DNA from: Gemmatimonadales bacterium
Lineage (GTDB): Bacteria; Gemmatimonadota; Gemmatimonadetes; Longimicrobiales; Gaopeijiaceae
Direction of reading: 5' to 3'
DNA length: 64,000 bases
NCBI GenBank assembly: GCA_050181335.1
Contig: JBFXDG010000019.1
Span: 302-64,301, forward strand
Positions 52,646-61,266 of this stretch are shown one piece after another. The translations under genes were made by a program, and so were the position numbers. The stretch's first letter is position 1. The number at the start of each line of letters is the position of its first letter. Below the pieces are notes generated by a model. That model ran no database searches. It had not been told where the DNA came from and saw only the letters and a list, made by a program, of their open reading frames with translations.

Positions 52646-53659
52646 ATGAGCGACGTGGTGAGGGCGGCGGTGCTCGGAGCGGGCGCCTGGGGCACCGCGC
52701 TCGGCGCGCAGCTCGCGCAGAAGGGCCACCGCGTGACGCTCTGGTCCTACGAGCGCGACGTCGCCGAGAGCATCAACCGGACGCACGTAAACCCTTATCT
52801 CCAAGGGATCTCGCTGCCCTCGGGCCTGACGGCCGAGACGGACCTGGTCAGGGCCGTGTCGGGGGCTGGGCTGGTGGTGTCGGCCAGCCCGTCCCAGTTC
52901 GTGCGCGAGGTCACGGGAAGCGCAGCGACCCATCTCGATCCGGATGCCACCATCGTGAGCGCGTCCAAGGGGATCGAGCTGAACACGCTCCTGCGCATGG
53001 ACGAGGTGCTGGCCGAGACCCTTCCCGAAGGGCTGGCCCGACGCCTCTGCGTGCTCTCCGGTCCGAGCTTCGCTCAGGAGGTCGCGAGCGGTCTTCCCAC
53101 CGCGGTGGTGATCGCCAGCCGGGACGAGGCGTCGGCGGTGCGCGCCCGGTCGCTCTTCCAGACCGCGACGTTCCGCGTCTACACCAACGCGGACGTCATC
53201 GGCGTCGAGCTCGGCGGCGCGCTCAAGAACGTGATCGCGCTCGCCGCGGGAACGTCCGCGGGGCTCGGGTTCGGGCACAACACCACGGCCGCCCTCATCA
53301 CCCGAGGGCTCGCCGAGATCACCCGGCTCGGCCTCGCGGTCGGTGCCGAGAAGGCTACCTTCTACGGACTGGCTGGGCTCGGCGACCTCGTGCTGACCTG
53401 CACGGGCTCGCTCAGCCGCAACCGGACCGTGGGCTACCGGCTCGGGCAGGGAGAGCCGCTCGAGAAGGTGCTCGCGGAGATGACGGCCGTGGCGGAGGGC
53501 GTGCTGACGACGCGCGCGGCCCACGAGCTCTCGCGCCGACACAGGGTCGAGATGCCGATCACCGAGCAGATGTACGCCATTCTGTACGAGGGCCGCGCGC
53601 CCTCCGAGGCCCTGCGGGCCCTGATGACGCGCGACCCGAAGCCCGAAGAGTGGTCATGA
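52646..53659 (+). CDS. gpsA: NAD(P)H-dependent glycerol-3-phosphate dehydrogenase
   Basis: 'VLGAGAWGTALG', 'GPSFAQEV', 'ALKNVIALAAG'. Confidence 0.95.
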   Translation: MSDVVRAAVLGAGAWGTALGAQLAQKGHRVTLWSYERDVAESINRTHVNPYLQGISLPSGLTAETDLVRAVSGAGLVVSASPSQFVREVTGSAATHLDPDATIVSASKGIELNTLLRMDEVLAETLPEGLARRLCVLSGPSFAQEVASGLPTAVVIASRDEASAVRARSLFQTATFRVYTNADVIGVELGGALKNVIALAAGTSAGLGFGHNTTAALITRGLAEITRLGLAVGAEKATFYGLAGLGDLVLTCTGSLSRNRTVGYRLGQGEPLEKVLAEMTAVAEGVLTTRAAHELSRRHRVEMPITEQMYAILYEGRAPSEALRALMTRDPKPEEWS

Positions 53660-54039
53660 GCGATCATATCGCGCGTAAGGTGTACTACTCGATCGGCGAG
53701 GTCTGCGACCTCACCGGCCTCAAGCCGCACGTGCTGCGGTATTGGGAGACGCAGTTCGAGGTCCTGAACCCGGGGAAGAACCGAGCGGGCAACCGGGTCT
53801 ATCGCGGTCAGGACATCGAGCTCGTGATGTTGGTGAAGCACCTCCTCTACGTGCAGAAGTACACGATCGAGGGCGCCAACAAGCGGCTGCTCGAGATGCG
53901 GCAGGCGGGCGAGCTCGAGGACGGCCGGCAGCATGCGTTGGCCCCCGAGTTCCTCTCCGGCATGAAGGCGGATCTCGAGATGCTGCGCGACGTCCTCACC
54001 CCCGGCGTCCCCGCCACGAAGACCGATCCGCAGGGTTGA
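53656..54039 (+). CDS. MerR-family transcriptional regulator
   Basis: HTH 'YYSIGEVCDLTGLKPHVLRYWETQF...RVYRGQDIE'. ATG 53656 overlaps the gpsA stop (ATGA); the alternative start is GTG 53650. Confidence 0.8.
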   Translation: MSDHIARKVYYSIGEVCDLTGLKPHVLRYWETQFEVLNPGKNRAGNRVYRGQDIELVMLVKHLLYVQKYTIEGANKRLLEMRQAGELEDGRQHALAPEFLSGMKADLEMLRDVLTPGVPATKTDPQG

Positions 54040-54046
54040 GCCTCCG

Positions 54047-54796
54047 CTGAAGATCCTCTGCACGAACGACGACGGATACCTCGCGACCGGCATCCGCGTC
54101 CTGGCGGGCGCGGCGAGCGGGCTCGGACAGGTGACGACCGTCGCCCCCGACCGCGAGCAGAGCGCGACGAGCCACTCGCTCACGCTCCACCACCCTCTGC
54201 GTGCGCGCCGTACCGTGGACGGCACGTGGATCGTGGACGGCACGCCCACCGACTGCGTGCTGCTGGCCGTGAACCAGCTCCTCCCCGAGCGCCCGACGGT
54301 GTGTCTGTCCGGCATCAACCACGGCCCCAACATGGGCGAGGACGTGCTCTACTCGGGGACCGTGGCCGCGGCCATGGAGGCGACGGTGTTGGGGATGCCC
54401 TCCCTCGCCTTCTCGTACTCCGGCGCGCTGCACGAGGAGATCGAAGGCTGGCAGGACGTGGTGCGCGGCATCCTCTCGGCGATCCTGGGCAGGAAGGGGC
54501 TTCCCCCCGATACGCTGTTCAACATCAACCTGCCGCCGGTGTCGCCCGCGGACGTCCGCGGGATCAAGGTCACGTCGCTCGGGAAGCGGCGCTTCGCGGA
54601 GTCGATCACCCGCGCCAAGGATCCGTCCGGACGGGAGTACTTCTGGATCGGCGGAGGGGTGGCGCACTGGAGCGGCGCCGAGGACTCCGACTTCCAGGCG
54701 GTGGAGGACGGCTACGTCTCGGTCACGCCGCTCCATCTCGACCTGACGAACTATCGTCTCCTCGAGGAGATCCGGGGCTGGCGCCTGGAGCTTTGA
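54047..54796 (+). CDS. surE: 5'/3'-nucleotidase SurE; apparent CTG start
   Basis: '(L/M)KILCTNDDGYLATGIRVL...APDREQSATSHSLT...GTPTDCV...SGINHGPNMG'. The conserved NDDG N-terminus lies upstream of the first ATG/GTG/TTG (54131). Confidence 0.85.
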   Translation: MKILCTNDDGYLATGIRVLAGAASGLGQVTTVAPDREQSATSHSLTLHHPLRARRTVDGTWIVDGTPTDCVLLAVNQLLPERPTVCLSGINHGPNMGEDVLYSGTVAAAMEATVLGMPSLAFSYSGALHEEIEGWQDVVRGILSAILGRKGLPPDTLFNINLPPVSPADVRGIKVTSLGKRRFAESITRAKDPSGREYFWIGGGVAHWSGAEDSDFQAVEDGYVSVTPLHLDLTNYRLLEEIRGWRLEL

Positions 54797-54803
54797 GAAA
54801 CCT

Positions 54804-54833
54804 TTGTTTCCAACGGGAGCCCCGGGGTATATT
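54804..54833 (+). promoter_or_regulatory. Candidate promoter TTGTTT-18 nt-TATATT
   Basis: The only AT-rich hexamers in the 97-bp gap before the 54893 gene. Confidence 0.3.
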
Positions 54834-54892
54834 GCGAGGAAGCGGATCGCGAGACGGTCCGTGGCGGGTAGGCCTCGGACGGAGGCTGCTCC

Positions 54893-55492
54893 ATGAGCGA
54901 GAACAACCACAAGAAAGAGGGACGCAGCCTCCCGCCGCCGGCATTTCCGCCCGGCAGCCGCAAACGCGTGCCGCGCAGCGGATCGTCGCCCAAGACCGAG
55001 CCGACGCCGAGCAGGCGGGGCGAGGACGATGCGTATATCTCACCGGACGATCCCATTCCGGCGCGAACCGACAAGGTCGCCGCCGCGTTCATCCAGCCGG
55101 ACGATCCGCTTCCCGAACGCCGCCCGGACGGCATGAAGGACGCGTTCATCTCCCCGGAAGACCCGCTTCCGAAGCGTGAGCCGCTCGGTGTCCGCCGCAC
55201 GATGGGCAAGCCCGAGGAAGGCGTGGTGACCGGGATCGGCTCCGATGCGCACCTCGATCGTGGCGAGTTGGCTGCGGCCGGCGATCCCTACGTGATGGAG
55301 CTGATCGACGCCGTGAGCAAGCTCGCGCAGGCCCTTCGCCGCAAGGGCGAGGCGGGACTCCGCACGAGCCCCGAGATGGGCCGCTTCGATGCGACCCTTC
55401 GCGCGTACTGCATCGGCTACCTCGCCGGCCGGCGTGCCGAAGCGGAGCCGCAGTTCCTCGACTGGGGCCAAGCCACGAAGGATGACCAGTAG
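54893..55492 (+). CDS. Hypothetical protein with three tandem 'AFIxP(D/E)DP(L/I)P' motifs and a helical C-terminal domain
   Basis: 'DAYISPDDPIP', 'AAFIQPDDPLP', 'DAFISPEDPLP' at 55028-55171. Basic disordered N-terminus. High GC3. Confidence 0.65.
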   Translation: MSENNHKKEGRSLPPPAFPPGSRKRVPRSGSSPKTEPTPSRRGEDDAYISPDDPIPARTDKVAAAFIQPDDPLPERRPDGMKDAFISPEDPLPKREPLGVRRTMGKPEEGVVTGIGSDAHLDRGELAAAGDPYVMELIDAVSKLAQALRRKGEAGLRTSPEMGRFDATLRAYCIGYLAGRRAEAEPQFLDWGQATKDDQ

Positions 55493-55513
55493 GACGTCCT
55501 TCGGCGCCTGACG

Positions 55514-55807
55514 TCAGTTGGGCGTATCCGAGCGTGTCGGACGGTCCGTGGGCGACGACCACGCGTCGCTACGGAAGAACGCCAGACCGCTGCCCGAGGA
55601 TGTGATCGTCACCGGCAGGGTGCGGCGCTCCTCTTCGAGCGTCGTCTCGAGGACCGCTTCCCGATCCCGGTTCATCCGCGCCACGGTCGGCTCGTCGTCG
55701 GGCTGGAAGAAGAACGTGCCCAACCACTCTCCGTCCATGCCGCTGTGGAGCTGGAACTGCAGGTCGACGACGCCGGATACGCCACCAAGAGTCGCTCGCT
55801 GCAACAT
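55514..55807 (-). CDS. Hypothetical small acidic protein
   Basis: 97-aa ORF with GGAGGA just upstream of the ATG. The competing ORFs on both strands are Arg/Ser-rich shadows. Confidence 0.45.
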   Translation of the reverse strand: MLQRATLGGVSGVVDLQFQLHSGMDGEWLGTFFFQPDDEPTVARMNRDREAVLETTLEEERRTLPVTITSSGSGLAFFRSDAWSSPTDRPTRSDTPN

Positions 55808-56001
55808 GCGTCCTCCGTGGGATTCTTGGGGGAGACCGGCGTTGCTGATGGCAAGCAGCGTACCACGTCCGCGGCACGCAGCGGCCGGCTCGGAAGGGGC
55901 GTAGAGGGCGCGAAGTCGACCGTCTCCGACTGTCGACGGCGCGCGTACGCGACGACCTCGGTCGCGGTGCCGCGACGCGGGGACGTCGAGATGCCGAAGC
56001 G

Positions 56002-56030
56002 TTGACCCCCTCCCCGCGGCCGGGTAGCCT
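56002..56030 (+). promoter_or_regulatory. Candidate promoter of tRNA-Arg (TTGACC-17 nt-TAGCCT)
   Basis: The -10 hexamer ends 9 nt before the mature tRNA 5' end. Confidence 0.4.
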
Positions 56031-56039
56031 TTCGGCCTC

Positions 56040-56112
<73 letters not shown>

Positions 56113-56212
56113 CTCGCAGAACGCTCGCGGCGCAGCGCCGGCGCCGCCCGTCGGCACCGACGTCGATCCGCCTTCCGCTCGTTCGTCCTGCGACCACCTC
56201 CCGGAGGCATCG

Positions 56213-56859
56213 ATGGCTCGGGTACGCGTGCACAACTTCACGATCTCGCTCGACGGGTACGGCGCGGGTCCGCGCCAAACCTACGAGGAGCCGCTCGGTG
56301 TCGGCGGCGAAGCGCTCCACGAATGGTACGTCGGCACGCGCACGTTCCACGCATGGGCGGAAAGACGGGCGGCTCCGCGGGCGTCGATGACAGCTTCGCG
56401 GCACGCTTCGGCGATGGGATCGGCGCCTACATCATGGGACGCAACATGTTCGGCCCCGTTCGCGGTCCCTGGCCCGACGACTCGTGGCGCGGATGGTGGG
56501 GTAAGAACCCACCCTATCACGTGCCGGTATTCGTGCTGACGCACCACGAACGCGCGTCCTTCGAGATGGAAGGCGGCTCGGTCTTTCACTTCGTCACGGG
56601 CGGGATCCGTGAGGCGCTGGAGCGCGCGACGGCGGCCGCGGCGGGGAAGGACGTGCAGATCGGCGGCGGCGTGTCGACGATCCGCCAATACCTCGAGGCA
56701 GGGCTCATCGACGAGCTGCACGTCGCGATCTCACCCATGTTGCTCGGCTCCGGCGAGCACCTGTTCCACCGTCTCGACGCCACGGCATCGGGTTATGCCT
56801 GTGCCACACACGTGCCGACCAGCCACGCGACGCATATCGTGCTGACGAGGCGCCCGTGA
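56213..56859 (+). pseudogene. RibD_C / dihydrofolate-reductase-like family gene split by a 1-nt frameshift near 56350
   Basis: Frame A gives 'MARVRVHNFTISLDGYGAGP...GGEALHEWYVGTRTFHA'. Frame B continues 'MGGKTGGSAGVDDSFAARFGDGIGAYIMGRNMFGP...IGGGVSTIRQYLEAGLIDELHVAISPMLLGSGEHLF'. Confidence 0.7.
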
Positions 56860-56940
56860 CGCTTCGGTTCATGGAGCCCTTCGCCGGATCGTGATGACGT
56901 AGTTAAGCTCCGGCACGACCGTATCCGAAGAGGTGAGCCG

Positions 56941-58428
56941 ATGTCTCAGGCCGATGGACGGGCCCCGACCGGTGTCGCGGGGTTCGACGACGTTCTCGGC
57001 GGAGGTCTGACGCCGAACCGGCTGTACCTGATCGAGGGGGTGCCGGGCACGGGGAAGACCACGCTGGCCCTCCAGTTCCTCATGGAGGGGGCTCGTCGCG
57101 GCGAGCCGGTCCTCTACGTCACGCTCTCCGAGACCGAAAGCGAGCTGCGTGACGTGGCCGCTTCGCATGGCTGGTCGTTCGACGGCCTGACGATCCGCGA
57201 AGTCATTCCGGGAGAGGACAGCCTCCGGCCCGAGGAGCAGTACACGATGTTCCACCCCTCGGAGGTGGAGCTGAGCGAGACGATGAAGACGATCCTCGCG
57301 GAGGTCGAGCGGATGAAGCCCGCGCGGGTCGTGTTCGATTCGCTCTCGGAGCTGCGCCTGCTGGCGGGTAATCCGCTGCGTTATCGACGACACATCCAGG
57401 CGCTCAAGCAGTTCTTCGCCGGGCGGAGCTGCACGGTGCTCCTGCTCGACGACCTGGTGACGACGAGCCACGACCTACAGGTGCAGAGCATCGCCCACGG
57501 CGTCGTGCGGTTGGAGCAGCTCTATCCCGAATACGGGGCGGAGCGGCGGCGGCTGATCGTGTTGAAGTTCCGTGGCGTGCGCTTTCGCGGGGGTTATCAC
57601 GACTACACCATCCAGCGGGGAGGCATCGACGTCTTCCCGCGGCTGATCGCCAGCGAGCACGTAGGCGCTCCTGTCATGACGAAGCTGGCGAGCGGCATCG
57701 CGGACCTGGACACCTTGCTCGGCGGAGGGATCGAGCGCGGCACCAGCACGCTGCTCGTCGGCGCTGCGGGGACGGGCAAGTCCTCGCTGGCGACTCAGTT
57801 CGTGTCGGCCGCGGCGGATCGGGGTGAGAGTGCCGCGCTGTTCATCTTCGACGAGAGCACCCATACGCTGCTCACGCGATCTGCCGGGCTGGGCATCGAT
57901 CTGCGTTCCCACTTGGAGGCCGGGCGGGTCACGTTGCAGCAGATCGACCCCGCCGAGCTCTCCCCGGGGGAGTTCGCGCACGCCATTCGACGGGTCGTCG
58001 AGCGCCAGAAGGTCTCCATCGTGGTCATCGACAGCTTGAACGGGTACCTCAACGCGATGCCCGAGGAGCGCTTTTTGATCATCCAGCTCCACGAGCTGTT
58101 GACGTACCTGGGGCAGGCCGGCGTGGCGACGCTGCTCGTCGGTGCACACCAGGGCCTGATCGGAGGACAGATGATCGCCCCGGTCGATGCCAGCTATCTG
58201 GCCGACGCCGTCGTCCTGATGCGGTACTACGAGCTGCGAGGCGAGGTGCATCAGGCGATCTCGGTCGTCAAGAAGCGCGGGGGCGCGCACGAACGATCGA
58301 TTCGGGAGTTCCGCATGGACGGGGGCCGGATCACGGTCGGTGAGCCGCTGAGGGATTTCCGTGGTGTGCTCACGGGCGTTCCGCTTCTGGAAGGTGCGGG
58401 TCCGAACCGCGGACAGACGACGTCGTGA
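56941..58428 (+). CDS. kaiC: KaiC-like double RecA-domain ATPase
   Basis: Two KaiC/RecA-like halves with Walker A 'GVPGTGKTT' and 'GAAGTGKSS'. 'VVKKRGGAHERSIREF' matches KaiC 'KMRGSWHDKAIREF'. Confidence 0.85.
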   Translation: MSQADGRAPTGVAGFDDVLGGGLTPNRLYLIEGVPGTGKTTLALQFLMEGARRGEPVLYVTLSETESELRDVAASHGWSFDGLTIREVIPGEDSLRPEEQYTMFHPSEVELSETMKTILAEVERMKPARVVFDSLSELRLLAGNPLRYRRHIQALKQFFAGRSCTVLLLDDLVTTSHDLQVQSIAHGVVRLEQLYPEYGAERRRLIVLKFRGVRFRGGYHDYTIQRGGIDVFPRLIASEHVGAPVMTKLASGIADLDTLLGGGIERGTSTLLVGAAGTGKSSLATQFVSAAADRGESAALFIFDESTHTLLTRSAGLGIDLRSHLEAGRVTLQQIDPAELSPGEFAHAIRRVVERQKVSIVVIDSLNGYLNAMPEERFLIIQLHELLTYLGQAGVATLLVGAHQGLIGGQMIAPVDASYLADAVVLMRYYELRGEVHQAISVVKKRGGAHERSIREFRMDGGRITVGEPLRDFRGVLTGVPLLEGAGPNRGQTTS

Positions 58429-60011
58429 CGGAAGGCACCGGCGAGAGCCGGGACATGCGCGTGCTGCTCCTGGCCCCGACCAGCAGGGACGCGAGCTTCA
58501 CGAGCTCGATCCTCGAGCGGGCGGGCATGGCGTGCGTCGGCTGCTCGAGCGTGACGCACATCTGCCGGGAGCTCGAGATCGGCGCCGGGGCGGTGGTGCT
58601 CCCGGAAGAAGCCGTCGTGCCCGAGAGGGAGAGCTGTCTCATTCGGTGGCTCGCGCGTCAGCCGGCGTGGTCCGACCTGCCGGTCCTGATCCTGGCCCGG
58701 CCGGGAGCCGACTCCACGGCGGTCGCCCAGGCGATGGACCTCCTGGGCAACGTGACGGTGCTCGAGCGACCCATGCGGGTGTCCGCGCTCGTCAGCGCCG
58801 CGCGCTCGGCGCTGCGGGCTCGCCAGCGACAGTACCAGATCCGCGAGCACATCGTCGAGCACGAGCAGGCCGCGGAGGCGCTGCGGGACTCCGATCGACG
58901 CAAGGACGACTTCCTCGCCATCCTCGCGCACGAGCTGCGCAATCCTCTCGCGCCGATTCGCAACTCGCTTCAGATCCTGCGCATGACGGTCCCGCAGGAT
59001 CCATCGGCCGAGCGCATCATCGGGGTCATGGACCGTCAGATCAACCTCATGGTGAGGTTGGTGGACGACCTCATGGAGGTATCGCGTATAAGCCGCGGGA
59101 AAATCGAGCTCCGCAAGGAGCCCGCGGACGTGGGCGCGATCGTGCGCGGCGCCATCGATGTCAGCCGGCCGCTCATCGAAGCCGGCGCCCACCGCCTGGC
59201 CGTGTTCCTCCCGGATGAGCCGGTCACGCTGGAGGGTGATGTCGTGCGGCTGACCCAGGTGGTGGCCAACCTGCTGAACAACGCGGCCAAGTACAGTGAC
59301 GACGGGGGGCAGATCACGCTCACCGTCGAACGCGAGGAGCACGACGAGCAAGGGGTGGCGATCTCGGTGCGCGATACCGGGCACGGGATTCCGCCGGACA
59401 TGCTTCCCTTCGTATTCGATCCGTTCCTCCAGGTTCGGCAGTCCGAAGGACGAGCCCAAGGCGGCCTCGGGATCGGTCTGACGCTGGCCAAGCACCTCGT
59501 CGAGCTGCACGGGGGCAGCGTCGAGGCACGGAGCGGAGGTCCGGGGCGGGGCAGCGAGTTCGTGGTCCGACTGCCGTTGGGCGGTACGCGGCGCTCCAGC
59601 GACGTACCCTCGGCGGAGGAACGCTCGCCGGCGAGTCTGCCCCCGCGGAGAATCCTGGTGGTGGACGACAATCGCGACGCGGCGGAGAGCCTCGGCACGC
59701 TGCTCGAGCTTCTCGGTGCCGACGTCTGCGTCGCGTACAGCGGGGTGGAAGCCCTCGAGGCCTTCTCGACCTACGAGCCGGCGGTCGTGCTGCTCGACAT
59801 CGGCATGCCCGACATGGACGGACACGAGGTGGCGAGGCGGATTCGCCAAGAACCGGGCGCCCGGAAGGTGACGCTCATCGCGCTGACGGGATGGGGGCAG
59901 GAGCAGGATCGCCGGCGGTCCGAGTCCGCCGGCTTCGACTACCACCTGGTCAAACCCGCCGATCTCCAGGTGCTGGAGAGTCTCCTGAGCTCCCTTCGGG
60001 CGGACCGCTGA
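58425..60011 (+). CDS. Hybrid sensor histidine kinase: N-terminal pseudo-receiver, HisKA, HATPase_c, C-terminal receiver
   Basis: H-box 'FLAILAHELRNPL', N-box 'NLLNNAAKY', 'DTGHGI', 'GGLGIGL'. The C-terminal REC domain has 'VVDDN', 'LLDIGMPDMDG', 'LVKP'. GTGA overlap with the kaiC-like gene. Confidence 0.9.
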   Translation: MTEGTGESRDMRVLLLAPTSRDASFTSSILERAGMACVGCSSVTHICRELEIGAGAVVLPEEAVVPERESCLIRWLARQPAWSDLPVLILARPGADSTAVAQAMDLLGNVTVLERPMRVSALVSAARSALRARQRQYQIREHIVEHEQAAEALRDSDRRKDDFLAILAHELRNPLAPIRNSLQILRMTVPQDPSAERIIGVMDRQINLMVRLVDDLMEVSRISRGKIELRKEPADVGAIVRGAIDVSRPLIEAGAHRLAVFLPDEPVTLEGDVVRLTQVVANLLNNAAKYSDDGGQITLTVEREEHDEQGVAISVRDTGHGIPPDMLPFVFDPFLQVRQSEGRAQGGLGIGLTLAKHLVELHGGSVEARSGGPGRGSEFVVRLPLGGTRRSSDVPSAEERSPASLPPRRILVVDDNRDAAESLGTLLELLGADVCVAYSGVEALEAFSTYEPAVVLLDIGMPDMDGHEVARRIRQEPGARKVTLIALTGWGQEQDRRRSESAGFDYHLVKPADLQVLESLLSSLRADR

Positions 60012-60164
60012 GCCGCGCCCGCATCGACGTCCCGATCGAACGGAAGGCTCCGGCGCTCCCCTCCTCGCGGGGTGAGCCGTGACACCTGGTCCCGGCGCAG
60101 CTATCCTCTACCGCCGTTTTCCATAGCCCTCAGCCGAGCATCGCTCACCCCGAGAAAGGAACGC

Positions 60165-60434
60165 ATGGCAGCCACGCCCAAGCGCAAGCCGAACGCCGCA
60201 TTCATGAAGCCGCTTACGCCCGATGACGCGCTCGCCGCGGTCGTCGGCAGCAAGCCGATGCCCAGGACCGAGGTCACGTCGAAGCTCTGGGACTACATCA
60301 AGAAGAACGGGCTCCAGGATCAGAAGAACAAGCGGATGATCAATCCGGATGCGAAGCTCGCGGCCGTGTTCGGCGGGAATAAGCCGGTGAGCATGTTCGA
60401 GATGACCAAGCTCGTCAGCAAGCACCTGAAGTAA
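60165..60434 (+). CDS. Stand-alone SWIB/MDM2-domain protein
   Basis: 'LAAVVGSKPMPRTEVTSKLWDYIKKNGLQDQKNKRMINPDAKLAAVFG...VSMFEMTKLVSKHL'. AAAGGAA SD upstream. Confidence 0.85.
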   Translation: MAATPKRKPNAAFMKPLTPDDALAAVVGSKPMPRTEVTSKLWDYIKKNGLQDQKNKRMINPDAKLAAVFGGNKPVSMFEMTKLVSKHLK

Positions 60435-60440
60435 GGCGGC

Positions 60441-60480
60441 CGCGGGACCGCGCTCTCGCTCGAGAGACGGTCCTCCCGCG
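60441..60480 (+). terminator. Long imperfect hairpin after the SWIB gene
   Basis: CGCGGGACCG...CGGTCC(TCC)CGCG with inner CGCTCTCG/CGAGAG(A)CG. No clear U-tract. Confidence 0.35.
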
Positions 60481-60621
60481 GTCCATCGGCGACTAGGCCG
60501 CGCTGGCTCCAAAGCCAGCCGGCCGAGTCTCCGGCCCGCTCTTCCTGGGTGTCGCCGCCCTCGCGATGGAACGACTCGTGCATGGGGCCGACGTCGAGGG
60601 GCGAGCCAGGGAGACCGCGAC

Positions 60622-61170
60622 ATGCGAGCAAGCAGCGGAGCAGGGGGAGACGACGTCGCCGACCTTCCGCGGAGTGCGAGCGGGACGGTGGTGGCGGAGT
60701 TCCGCGACCGCGCGTCGCTGAACCGGGCGGTGCGGGAGCTCACGGGCAACAGCGTACCCGTGGATTCGGTCCAGGTCTTCGTCCGCTCGTCCGATGGGCG
60801 GCGCAGGGAGATCCCGGTCGAGGGAGAGCCCGGCGTGCTACGCGGCGCCTTGATCGGGGCTGGTGTGGGAGCCGCGCTGGGCGTGCTGCTCGTCGGCCTG
60901 GTGCTCGCGGGCGCGTTCGGCGAGGCGGGCGTGAGCGTTCTAGGCCTGCGCGGCATCGTCGGTGCCGTCCGGACGATCCTCCTGACCGCGGCCGCCGCCG
61001 TGCCGCTCGGTGCGCTCCTGGGCATGGGCCGGTGGCGGAGCAGCGGCAAGATCTCGGACGAGGAGATCGAGCGCGGCAGCGCGGAGGTCGTGGTCACGAG
61101 CGAGGCGCTCGAGCCGCGCGCGCGACAGATCCTCCATCGTGCGGGCGCCGTCCGGATCAGCGGGCGGTAG
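60622..61170 (+). CDS. Hypothetical membrane protein with glycine-zipper TM segments (DUF1269/YflT-like flanks)
   Basis: 'GALIGAGVGAALGVLLVGLVLAGAFG' and a second TM segment. GGGAG SD upstream. Confidence 0.5.
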   Translation: MRASSGAGGDDVADLPRSASGTVVAEFRDRASLNRAVRELTGNSVPVDSVQVFVRSSDGRRREIPVEGEPGVLRGALIGAGVGAALGVLLVGLVLAGAFGEAGVSVLGLRGIVGAVRTILLTAAAAVPLGALLGMGRWRSSGKISDEEIERGSAEVVVTSEALEPRARQILHRAGAVRISGR

Positions 61171-61190
61171 CCGAGCGCGCCGGGCCCGAC

Positions 61191-61221
61191 CGCCTACCGG
61201 ACAGCATCCTTCCGGTAGGCG
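61191..61221. terminator. Bidirectional hairpin between convergent genes
   Basis: Perfect 11-bp stem CGCCTACCGGA / TCCGGTAGGCG with a 9-nt loop. Confidence 0.55.
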
Positions 61222-61266
61222 ATTAGCCTGCGGGCATTCCTGCCGACCGCGCGGCTGGCCGGGCTG

